Origin: Camelus ferus
Lineage: Eukaryota
Length of the DNA stretch: 64,000 nt
Direction: 5' to 3'
Assembly (NCBI RefSeq): GCF_009834535.1
Contig: NC_045697.1
Location: 14,944,001-15,008,000, forward strand
The position numbers and the translations under genes are program-made. The notes beneath the pieces are model-generated. The model did no database searches and was not told where the DNA came from. It worked only from the letters and a program-made list of their open reading frames with translations. Positions 12,400 through 24,295 of this stretch are shown one piece after another; position 1 is the first letter of the stretch; each line of letters starts with the position of its first letter.

Positions 12400-13245
12400 A
12401 TGGAATCAGAAAAACACAGGTTTGAATCCTAGATCTGTTTCTTAATATCTACGGGATTTTGTTCAATTTATTTAACAAATTTGAGCCCACTTCTTTATCC
12501 ACCAATAGTATTTATCCCAATGGTTGTTGTGAGAATTTGAGACAGGAGGGAAGGGGGCAGGGGACAGCCATTCAAGGAATGATACAGCAATTTAACACCA
12601 AAATGGTGGAAGATTCACCAAAATGGTGGAAGATTCAACTCCCAGTTGGCCTTGAGGATTAAGAGGTTTGACTTCTAGTAGACCTTGAGCGTCATTATAT
12701 GCTCATTATAACAGCGTGATAGATAACATGATCACAGGCACCATGACAGCCCCAAGGATAACCGCAAAAGGCCAAAGAATGGGAGGTGGCCCAATTCCTG
12801 GGAATCCCAGCCCCTTCCCCAGGGCAGTTGGAATGGTCCCACCTGTAGGTGTATGAAGCTACTGAGCCCATAAAAACTGGCGACACCACGCCTGGTGCCC
12901 TTTTTTGCTCCCTCCTCTCCAGAGACGGCCCTCACTCTGTCTGTGGAGTTTGCACCTACTTTTACCTTAACCTGAGCACCCAATTCCCACACCTGTTTCC
13001 TTGCCTTTCTCTTCCCTTACACTCTATGCGGTGTGTATCTCTCTAAATAAATCTACCTTTACTCAACTGTGGCTCACACTTGAATTCTTTCCTGCGAAAG
13101 CCAAGGACCCACACCTGGTGGGGCATGTTCCAGGGATCTGGGACACAGCCCTGCTCACAACCCACATCCATTTTCCTGCATCAAATTGAAGAGCATAACA
13201 TAGGCAAACCATTTAGCTTTTACATGGCATTCACTAAGTGCCCAG
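12400..13245 (+). mobile_element. MIR SINE split by a solo LTR
   Basis: GGTTTGAATCCTAG...GGTTGTTGTGAGAATT before the LTR; MIR-like sequence continues after 13187. Confidence 0.65.
12538..13183 (+). mobile_element. ERV1-type solo LTR, 646 bp
   Basis: TG...CA termini; 4-bp TSD AATT (12534-12537 and 13184-13187); CATAAAA at 12869; AATAAA at 13046-13051. Confidence 0.9.
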
Positions 13246-15089
13246 GACATTTTTATGATCGTCTTAATCATTTCACTCTGTTAACGACTTACTCAACTTT
13301 GCCACTCGGCTGTTTTTAGTTAGAGCCCACTGAGATATTCAGAAAAGGAATAAAATGAAGCCAAATCTTTGGCTTGAACAATAGTACAGAAAAACTTTAG
13401 TCCATTCTGCCAGGTCTATCTATCTGTGAGACATGAAGGTAGGAGAAAGATTTAGGAAAGCTTGATTGACTAACAAGTTTAGTAAAGATGCAAAAGGGGC
13501 ACCCCATAACTGAGAAAATAAAAGGTTAAGAATTGCAAACAGATCCAAGTCTGGTTTCCTTTCAGGAAAGAGACATAGGTCCTCTCAACAAAGAAGCTTC
13601 ATAAATCACAGGGGATAATAAAGTCCCTGAGAAAAGTGAAGGTATTAGCCATGTGCTGTCACTCAATATTTCTAATGCGAGACTGTCCGACCTGTGAAGC
13701 CAGAAAAATCTCAACTGTAAGACGCATCCTATGTATAATGCCATTTCCCTGGCATAACCTGAGAACAAACCACGTGAGTGATTTGCATGGGTCCATTTGA
13801 TATTGTCCCTAAGCTGTATTCGTGTCTTCAAAAATGACAGTGACATGATGTCTTCAGTTATATTTCCCAAGGTATAAACATTTTCAGTTCAGCAGAGAAA
13901 AGCACGTTGTCACTAATTCAAGGCAGTTGGATTGCTACAAGCCTAATGTTTTCCTCCATGGCACACAGAGGAAAAGGCCAGATATTTCAGAAAAGACATC
14001 ATCAGATTATTGATATCCACACAATAAAACATCAGCACTTCAAGCCAAGTGTGTGTTTCCATGGAGAATGTGGAGCCTACAAAGACAGCCCTAATGGGAA
14101 AAATAGTCACTAAATGACTATGGCTTTTCTTTCCTCAAAAGAATTAAAATTACATTTGTGGATAAGCAAACCCAATTAGCACAGGGTCACTGGAGGGGTA
14201 AAGAAGGGGTGAGACACAAAGAAATAGGAAGAAATATTAAAGTAAAAGGAGGGATAGATAATAGGAATGACCATTAAGTTATAGCTAAAAAGTTTAAAAA
14301 CAATAAATAAAGGAAAGGCTATCTGCCCATCAGCCCCTTTTCATTTATTTATTCCCAAATGTCCATCCTCACATCCTACATGGAGAAGGTAGAGGAAGTA
14401 GGCTGATCACCCCTTCCCATTGGAAGCATCACTATCCAAGCCTGACCTGTCTGTCCTTTTGCGAGAGCTTTGTGCCTGAAGTAAGATTGTTCATTCCTTT
14501 TTTACTCATTCATTCATTCTTACCTCCATTCTAAACATGATCTATGAGGTCTTATTTTCTTTATCCAGTACCTATTTTTCCAGTATTACCTAGTATAACT
14601 CACTCTCTGGACTATTCCACCCATCCTAAATCTCTTTCAGTGGCTTGAACATGCCCCTTCTTTTGTCTAGAAGCTGTTATTTCCCTTCTGCGTCTCACTA
14701 GCTTTCGCTTGTCCTCTGGGTCCCCGCTTCACCATCACTGCCTTAAAGGAGATCCCCGTAAACTCCTTGACTTGGTTTGGTCTGGGTGGCAGGTGCTTCT
14801 GCTGGGCTGCATCAGTCCTGCTCTCCAGTGTGCTGTGCTGCCATCTTCTTGCAGACCAGCTGCACAGAGCAGCAGCTCAACACATGACTGTCGTGTGAGA
14901 TGTAAAGAAACAAATCAAGAGAGCAGCTATGAATGAAAATTGTCAATCAAAGAAACCTACGATGAGCTCTAACTTTTGCCAAGGTGCTATGTGAAGCAAG
15001 GGAGTAGGTATGAGAGGAACTGAGGAACCTTCCTAAGTAGCTTCTGAAAAATGAGTCATTTCCCCCTTCATTGCCGTAGAGAATGATAC

Positions 15090-16165
15090 TGGTATCTGCT
15101 CTATGATGTTGAGTCTCTTCTTATAGCCCAAAGCTGAGTCAGAGTGTTAAGTAACTCAACTCCAACGGGTCAGATGGCACCACGTGTGCATTCCAAAAGA
15201 GCAGAACAGGTCCCACCAACAGCAATGCCTCCTCCACTTCTACCCACTGAAAACTGATGAGAGGACCTGGGGGGAAAGAAAGAAGAGGCAAGATTGGTAG
15301 GGTTTCTTCCCTCTTATCTCCCACAACCCTTCAAACTAAATTGGTAGGTGACACCATGAGTCACTAGGCAATATCTGGGGTGGCCATAAGAAGGGAAGAC
15401 TTGCATCTGTTTCTCCTGCTGCAGGCTGTTTGGGTGCGGAACCCCCAGGCCCACCTTGATACTGCCAGCAAATCAGAGAAGAGCCTGGTGATCTGTGCCT
15501 GGGAAGAGCTGGAGTTTAGGAAGAGACATGATGATAGAGACTGATGCCTGGTTGAAGTCTGGAGAATGACGAAAACTGAAGAATCGGTAGAGCAGCCTGC
15601 GTGTACAAATAATGTGGTGCAGTGTGTCTAGGGGAAAGTGGGTGCAGCTTATCCTAAGTCCATGGGACACTCACAGGATGTCCATGACTCCACGTGAAGG
15701 GTAATGAAGGTTCCAGGGCTGCCTGGCCAGTGGACTAGTCTCCCAGAGGTGACGAGTTCTCACGGGACACAGGGCCACGGAAGCTGAATATCAACACCGA
15801 GGAAGACCATGAGCGCCACACACTCAGAAACAGCTACATCCCAGTGGAATTAGGGACTTTCTCTCCAAATAAAACACAGGAGTGAATCCTTTTTCTCTCC
15901 CCCTCATGCTGCCTCACATACTGGAGGAGCTAGGTCATAAAAGAAAGGGGAGGGGAGGTAGAGAGTTTTGAACCAAACATGTGAAAAGAAGTTTCAAAGT
16001 ACTAAACTTTAATAGCTGAAATTGATCAAAAAAATTCTAGAAGATTCCCAAGATGTCATTAAGGGGCAAGACGTGGGGCATATTAAAATGAGGTGGTTGC
16101 TGAAAAAAAAAGGTCATTTCACATTTATGCTCCAAAGAATTGAGGCTTTTCAATAAACTGGTTAA
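15090..16165 (+). mobile_element. Ancient LTR-like element (MamGyp-LTR-like)
   Basis: Purine/GC-richer block ending in AATAAACTGGTTA; family assignment from memory and tentative. Confidence 0.35.
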
Positions 16166-16479
16166 GTTTCTATTTTTCACTGATTTTTATCTTACAGGAT
16201 ATGGGTTTTGTTCCTACCCTCCTTCAGGGTCAAGAATCTTGTCTTACTATTTTTTTACCTATAGTACTTAACCCTGTTGCTGCCATACTGATGGACATTC
16301 AGTGAGTATTCGCTGAAATGAAGAACACTGTAGGTAAGTTCAAGTTTCCCTCAACAAAGGTTGAAGAAACACCCAGTGATGTGAATGCAATGTCACCACT
16401 AGTATACATCACTTTATAGTTACAGTCTGCTTCCATAGGCTTCTGTGACCCACTAGAGAAGATTCAAAATATGAGACTT

Positions 16480-16700
16480 CTGTTACAACTCCTACCATTT
16501 ATTGTGGGGTCTGCTATACGCTCAACACAGACATATTCTATTTATTCCACTCAAGATTCAATGACTAGGCATTACTAGTCCCATCTCACACACAGGACAA
16601 CTAAAGCTTTGGGAAGTTTAGAGCCTGGCCCAAGGTCATATAGCTCGTAAGATATAAAAATGGGACTTCCCAACTCAGGTCTTTTTTTATTCCAAATCCT
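16480..16700 (-). mobile_element. MIR SINE
   Basis: GGCCCAAGGTCATATAGCT core. Confidence 0.7.
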
Positions 16701-18474
16701 GTGCCTATTCCACTCTCCCACACGTTTCCACAGTGCCTCTTCTCTGCATTTTCATTACAATCAAATACAGCACACCCACTCACTCCATCAAATATTCATT
16801 GACTTTCCACGGAACCAGTTAAGTGGCTTGGGCAAATGCATAAACAAGCGTGAGCACTTAGGATTCAAGCCCAACAATGCTCCGAGGAGTAAGTTAAAGG
16901 AAAGTGCTTTCCTCCATTTATTCTTTCTTTTTCTCTGCAATCAGTTCTAAGACATTAAGATGAACCACTGCGTTTTCTGTGTAGCACAAGGAGAACTTAA
17001 CCCTCTCTAGTCATCAAGAAAACACAAATAGACTGAACAGCACCTCTGTGGCAGGGACACAGCAGTGGGGGTAGCAGGCGAGGGTGAGCAGAGGAGGTAA
17101 GAGCAGAGGAATCAGTCCCCATGGCCCTTAGTTCACGATCAGCTCTCAGTCTCTCTACTCCTTGAGGCCTCTGATGCAGAAAGGACCTGACAAAATGTAC
17201 CCTCACTGCAGAGGGTGGAAAGACAGGCTATGAAAGGAACCTGTTAGTAGACAGCATTTCCAATGGCTCCACCAGCAGGGTGCTTGACCAGGTCCAATAA
17301 TGCTTGGGAGTGGTCCTATGTCTGATGAGATAAACACTGTTTCTTTTGCTGGAGCATTGGTCCTTAGGAGTTAAACTTGGCAAAGTACCAGCTAAAGACA
17401 GTGTTTATTTGCCTTCAAGAAGAGATTCTAAATATCCTTATAGGGGCTACAAAGATTTTTTTCAGAAAGTGTACTGGTCTTTTATCTATATCAGAAATGA
17501 GGTTCTAATAGGCTTGTATCTGAAATTACACAATAGAACCCCCTGTAAGGTGTCCATGTGGTTAGAACAGACCAGCCAATAATTCTAAGTGGCCAAATTC
17601 TGGATTTGGTCCTTTCTTGCATTGCTCAATCTATAGACAAGTCTTAGCGTGCTTATCAAAAATATATCTTGATTCTACTATTTGAGGCACCATCATTTCT
17701 TGTCTGGGCTACTGAAATAGTTTATCAAGTGCTCCCACCACTTTCACTCTTCACCACCTTCCAGCATTCTCTTCCTAGCAGCCAGCGTAATTTCCACCCA
17801 TGAAGTGGACGGAAGTTGTCTCAATGATGTGTCTTTTTTAGAGGTTCCAGACAATCTGGAAAGCACATGTGAATTGCAAAACAAAAAACAAAACAAAAAA
17901 AAAACCCACACACCTGTAGAGAACATTACAATAAAAAACAGTGGGCCATCAAATAGCTCTTAGAAGCCTGCTGTCTTTCAAGACAGTGTATCAACTCATC
18001 TACCTTCTCTAGGGGGTGATGGGGAAAACATAGCACAATTTCCAGAGACATTTTAAACACTAATTACTTCAACCCGTGTCTGTCATAGTTAAAGCTACAT
18101 TAACAGAGGCAAATGAGTTGACAGGTGATTGTAAAATAAAAGACTATTTTAATATAATAGGCATTAGGATATTTTACTTCAGTCTACACATTGTCATGCC
18201 CCCAAGCCAACTGACTAAGGAGTTACATTTAACTCTTCAGAAACTCCAGAAAAAAGTCACAGTAGGCATTGTTTTAAAACCTCTTCACAATTTTTTTCTA
18301 ATGAACAGTATGATGAGACAATGTTATTAAGCAATTATGAATATAGCAAAATTCATGTTCCTCCATCACAGTATGTTCTTGTTATGACTAGTTCTTTCTA
18401 CCCAAAGCAGCAAAACAAAAATTAAGACAAAGAAAATGCAATCTCATCCTTACATCCTCATCCCCAACCTATTC

Positions 18475-18690
18475 ACCTGTAGCAGAGCAGTTAAAACCAA
18501 ATATCCTACCTCTGCTCGTTACTACCTGTTTGACCTCAGACGAAACTCTCAAATCTTCTAATGTTTGAGCTCTTCATCTCTAAAGTGGGGGTGAAAAATC
18601 ATAATTCTAACCTCAGTAGGTTATAAGTGCATTAAGTGAGTTAATATTTGTTAAACACCCGGAACATCAGGCAATGCACATAGTACAAGG
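18475..18690 (+). mobile_element. MIR SINE
   Basis: CTTCATCTCTAAAGTGGGG...ATTAAGTGAGTTAATA...GCACATAGTA. Confidence 0.75.
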
Positions 18691-18927
18691 TATTTTGCTT
18701 TTGATCTTTACTTCTGTGGTCTTTTTTTTTTTTTAATATGTCAGTGCCTCTGTTGCTAGAAGTGATTAATTCTCTAATTCTATAAGTTTTCTTTTTTACT
18801 CTTTTCACTGTCATATGCTATATTAAATATAAAATTGCATTGATAATGGTGATTTGATATGATTTAGTTCTAAATAATATTTAGGATCTTCCTCTTTCCG
18901 GCATAATTATATTGAGCCCCTGAAGTA

Positions 18928-19132
18928 CAGCTGACCCTTGAACAACACTAGTTTGAACTGCATGGGTCCACTTATATGCAGATTTTTTTCCATAGTAAAG
19001 AATACAATACTACACAATCTGTCATGATATGGAGGAACCACGGATACAGAGGGCCAACTACAAGTTACACTCAGATTTTTGACAGTGGGAGTGTCAGGGC
19101 CACCAACCCCTGCATTACTCAAGGATCAAATG
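18928..19132 (+). mobile_element. Tigger2-derived MITE (TcMar-Tigger)
   Basis: TIRs CAGCTGACCCTTGAACAA / TCAAGGATCAAATG; TA TSD on both sides; second copy at 36253. Confidence 0.85.
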
Positions 19133-19699
19133 TACTCTTTTCACAACAGATATGCATTGGATCATGTATATCTCCCTTAAAACCTTAAGGTGGATTTAGA
19201 CAACATCCAAATTTTATATTATTCCTGCCACGTTTCTTTACCATCAGAATGTTTCCTTCCTGTGAGAGACTCAGGTGTGGTGTGAGTCTGGTCCTTCCCC
19301 GCTCCTTAACTGAAAAGGTGTGAAACACATCTGATGGCGAGCTTGGAAGACCTAGTTGGCAGGCTGTGCTGTGCTTGGTCCTCGTCTCACCTGCCCCTCA
19401 GCTAGGCCTGCCTTGGTCCCATTCTTCTTGTGAATGGATTGGTAGTGTCCATCTTTTTGTGTTCCCGAGCTGGGACCATTTTGCTCCCACACTGAGCAGA
19501 TGGTTTGGCTTCCCCGTTCACCCTAACATGTCATCTCTTTGTTCAGGTTCAGATAAGGGATAAGAGCTATTTACTGATAGCCCTTTTGGACACACACCCC
19601 AAGATCTTCACACAACTATAAAATGCACCATGCACCTGACTTTTCCTCAAACTTTGTGTGATACTTTCTGACTTATGCTATAGCCACTGTGACTTTTTT

Positions 19700-20050
19700 C
19701 TCCTTCTTCCAATTCTGTGAACATCTCAAGTTCTTTTCCATTTTTTGGCTTTTATACCTGTTATTCCTCTGTCTTCCCATTCTTCACATACTTAACACTT
19801 TTACATTTCCTGGGCTTCATTTTAAATATCACCTTTTCAGAGAAACCTTCTAAGTAAGCCCCCCGTCAGTCTCATAGCATCCCATATTTTTCTATCACTT
19901 ATTTCTTGAACTACTTGCTGTCTGTCTCCATCACCAGATTGTACGCTCCATGGAAACAAAGATGTTGGTTTGCCTGTCCATGGATTCCTTGGTACCAAGC
20001 ACAAGCCCAACACATAACAAAGTCAATACATACTTGTTGAATCCATAAAT
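19700..20050 (+). mobile_element. L2 LINE 3' fragment
   Basis: AAATATCACCTTTTCAGAGAAACCTT...TCAATACATACTTGTTGAAT tail. Confidence 0.7.
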
Positions 20051-22179
20051 GACTTCTATCTTAACTGAACTAAACAACCATGAATTCATCATATGTGTGC
20101 AGAAAGGCACTTTACTAAGTTAGCGATATGTCCTTGCCCTCTGGAAGACTGTTTTCCAAAAAAGCAGTAGCAATCCATCTAGAAACCATCAAATATCCAT
20201 CTTTCCCTTCTGCTAGCTTTGTGGATTTCCATGCCCCAGCTGACAAATCATCACCAGCAAAGAGAACATCAACATAGAACTACTTATCAAAAGAAGGAGT
20301 AACTTAACCCCCAAAAATATCTCGAAGGAAACTTCTCTTCCTAATTGTATAACTACATATAAATCTTACAGAGTATATGGAAAAATATTCATGCCATTAC
20401 ATCAATTTGTTTTGTGTATCTTGTTTTTCCAATGATACAGAAAGATTCTAGGATTCGAAAGTCCTAACTTTAGCTCTGTATTCTTTAAAATGCCTAATAA
20501 TAGTTGGACACCTTTTAGGTGTTCCATAGATAAGTGCTGAATTAACTTTTGAGTTATTATATTATGTCCAATATTATCATAGATACTGGAGAAATAAAAT
20601 ATGTATGTTCTACTATTCATGAACTCAAATGTGAAGGAAGAGCAGAGAGGCTTACATTTTTAACTTAAAGGAAAATATCCAACCACTTCCCAAATCTCTG
20701 TAACATTTTCTAAAAAATGAAAAATGCCTCACAAAATAACTAATATCCTAGATAGTTACTCATTGATGTAAAATCACCTCATTTCCCAGGACTTAGAAGG
20801 TTGTCCTTTTTTCCTTAAAACAATTTAGAATACAAATGTTCACATTATCACTAGAATAATGATTATTGTTGTGAAAAGCATGTTCCTATGCTTGTGGTTG
20901 CCCTAAATCAGGGATTTAGAAGTGTAGCAAAGAATCGGAAAACATGACTCTCTGCTTCTTGAGTGAGGAAACTCTATACAATTGAATTAATTAACAGCAA
21001 TTCAATCTTCAAGTCATTGTGACATATTTTAGTAAATCAGCAGTAATTATTTCCTGTTTAATCTTTATAATCATAACTAATCAGAAAGGGGTTGTTCTTG
21101 ATTTGAAAATTAAATTATATTAAATTTATAAATGGTATTGCTACAAAGAAAAATAAGGCCTTCTTATATTACAAAATCAAGAAATTAACCAGAATTTTCT
21201 TTAATGGCACATTTCTTGGATTGATGGATATATAGGTCAATAAATGTGTGTGTGGAAGGATGAAGACATAGACAAATATATAAATAAGTATCTGTATATA
21301 ATAAAATTGAAGTTATGTGCCTTTCTGGGATTTGAACATATAACTTTAGTTCATTTTAACAGTTCTTAATTGCTTATTATCCCAAGCATCATACCACATG
21401 GAACAAAAATATGAATAAGATTTCTATGAGATCTAGGGCTAGATCATATTCTAGTATGATGGAGGTCCTATTTACAGAGACTAAACTTACAATCTGGTTT
21501 TCAACTCTATGGATTTTCTACAAACATCAACACTTTTCAAAGAAATGCTATCAAAGGATACACAGAGGACCCCAAGCTGCCCACAAAATGTTAGCAACTC
21601 ACTCTTCTATTATCAGATGCATTTCAGCAAAATGATCTAGCACCTTTGAGAGATGCTTTTTTCTTATTGTGTATAACCCACACCAAATCACAAAGGGGTT
21701 CTTTTTAATGTATTTTCAGGGGACAGGACAAAGCTGCTTTATGCTTTTCCTACATGCATTTGTATAACTTAGATGACAGAATTTGGTCTACAGAATATTG
21801 AACCTCATTAATTAAGATGCCATTCTTTAGAGGATTGTGGCATTCAGAAAATGCCTAGGCTGCAGTTTCCTTCTAAGTAAAATTTCCGTCAATGGTAGTA
21901 AATGAATATATACTTCCCAAGGTAATGATAAACGTGTGTAAGGTAATATGCTGAGCGTACTAAAAATAAACACAAAACAGAAAAGAACTTTCTAAGATAG
22001 TGCCTCACTTATTCTGATATTCCTCTATCCTCACCTCCTTACCCTATGTAGTATTAATTAAAAAGAAAAAAAGAGAGAGAGAGAGAGAGATAAGAAAAAG
22101 ACAGAAGAATCAATGCTTCCTACCACATGGAGTAATGGACTTCTTGGCATATATTACACTGCAGCTCATAGAAGGTGAT

Positions 22180-22390
22180 GCAGTGTCATGGAGCAGGTGT
22201 GGGCTTGGGCAGCAGAGAACTGGTTAAAATCCTAGCCCTGATAGTTCCAGTAGGGTGACCCTATGATGTTCAGGCTTTTAACTGGTGAAATTGAGATAAA
22301 ACCTATCCTACAGGACTACTATGAAAGAGAAATATGTGATGGATAGAAAGAACCTACCACAGTAGCTGGCACATAGTAGGTGGTCAACAT
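22180..22390 (+). mobile_element. MIR SINE
   Basis: AATCCTAGCCCTG...CTGGCACATAGTAGG. Confidence 0.7.
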
Positions 22391-23014
22391 GTTTTCTTAT
22401 CAGTTTTAGAGGAAAATTGTAATGGATAAAATAGAAATCGTTCATACTGCCTTGAAAATTTCTGCTCTGTCAGATTTTAAAACCAAATCTGTATACTCAA
22501 AAAATGGGAAAGCAGGACAATCACATCAAATATTGTAAAATCAGACTTCTCGAAATCAATCTGCATTTCTAATTAGTCACAGTTAGTGAGGTTTACATTG
22601 CCTTTAACTCCTGTACCCCCAGGGGCCAGCCACTTCCTGCTCCTATTTACATCTGCTGTTCCCTGAAAGTATCTTCCTAGGTTCAAATCTCATCAATAGA
22701 AGCCAAAACATTGCCTAAAAAATAACTTTTCTTTTTAATTTTCTGAAGAAACTGCTATGGGGTCAGCCCTAATCAGCACTTAATTTTAATACATTATCAT
22801 CAAGTACTAAGGATTAATTTTATAAATGACTAATGGAAGTGCTTAATTGAACGGCACTCTCTGTTGTCCCCAGTGATTACAGGCCATTGCTCTCACTGAT
22901 CCCAGATCAGTGGTTCTTCAGATTAAACCATCAACTCTGCATTTCTCCTGGTCTTCACTTAGCAACTCATCTGTAGCTCAAATAAAAAAATTTTTTTTGA
23001 ATGATTATATAGTC

Positions 23015-23350
23015 TTTGTTGGCAACTCAGAATGCATTTTTGGTTCTCCTCCCTAGAAACCAGAGCTCAGTTTTGGGAATGTGGGAAAGATGCCAGCTAC
23101 ACTAGGTGTCTGTTCCAGCTGCCCTCACAAGTGGTCATGTGGCACTGCTCTGGCCAATGAGAAGTAGACTCTGCTTAGGATTTCTGCAAAAATTAGGCTG
23201 TATTTTCATAGGTTTTACTTCATATGGCTTTTATTCTTTCCTCCTGCCTAGAATTGGAAGAAGATACACTGCAGTAACTATTTGGAGATTGCTTTGATGA
23301 AAACCAAACAGGCGGGGACAGAAGGAAGAATCAAAAGTCCACAATCATTG
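23015..23350 (+). mobile_element. Old MaLR LTR (MLT1J/K-like) remnant
   Basis: GTGGTCATGTG...CTCTGGCCAATGAGAAGTA motif. Confidence 0.55.
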
Positions 23351-24119
23351 ATTGCTGACCCTTACTGCAGACATATGGACTAGGTTTAGGTCATAGTCTG
23401 TCTTGGGATGGGAAGAGAAGTGATAAAACCTATCACTGCACACACAGTGGAGGGGGAAACGGTGCAAAATACGCTAAAGCTCCTTAAAATTCCAGTGTCC
23501 ACAGGTCACCTGCAGATGGGACATAGAGCATCAAGAATACCAGTTTGAGACAGTGGTTAAAGCACGTGTCTTTAAGATTAGTTCAGGAACTAAAAAAGTC
23601 TACACCATAACTGAGAGAACTCAGTTTGAGATGAGAGGGGTGACTGAAAGCTGGGACTAATGGCATGAGCTCTTTAATTTCATAGGAATCAATCTTCCTG
23701 GTCTTTTCATTTTCTTATAGTCTCTTGAATGAGGTTTGTTATAATGAAATATTCTCAGATCTCCTTCCAGGCTTGTTACACTTTTTAATGTTACCCTGGG
23801 AAGTAGTAAATCCTTAGATTCCTTTGTAGGGTTCTAAGTGGAAAGATTTGGAAACAACTGCCAAGAGAGGTATTATCATCAACATTATGGTCTCTGATGC
23901 ATGATCCCAGGTGTTACGAGATAAAAGACAAGACTGTTATTGCTTTGTGAATCTGAGGGTGTCTGGTCTTTCTAGACATTAAATGAATCATGGCATGTCC
24001 TGGAAACTTACACTTTGATCATGTTCAGTGAGCAGAGACGACTGAGCTTTGCTGAATTCACAATTCACAATTGTCAGGAAACTCCAAAGGCTTTTATTTA
24101 ATCATTCCACTATGCAATA

Positions 24120-24295
24120 ATTAATAACCAGCACATATTGATCACTTACTAGATATCAGACAATGTGCAATGCCCTGTCTACAGCTGAGCTCATTTAATT
24201 CTCCCAGCTCCAAGATGAGGTGTTATTACCATCTTCATTTTTCAGACGAATAAATCGTATGTGGCAAAGGCCAAGTTCCTTGACCTCTCTAAGAC
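24120..24295 (-). mobile_element. MIR SINE
   Basis: CACTTACT...CTCATTTAATTCTCCC...CATTTTTCAGACGA. Confidence 0.7.
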
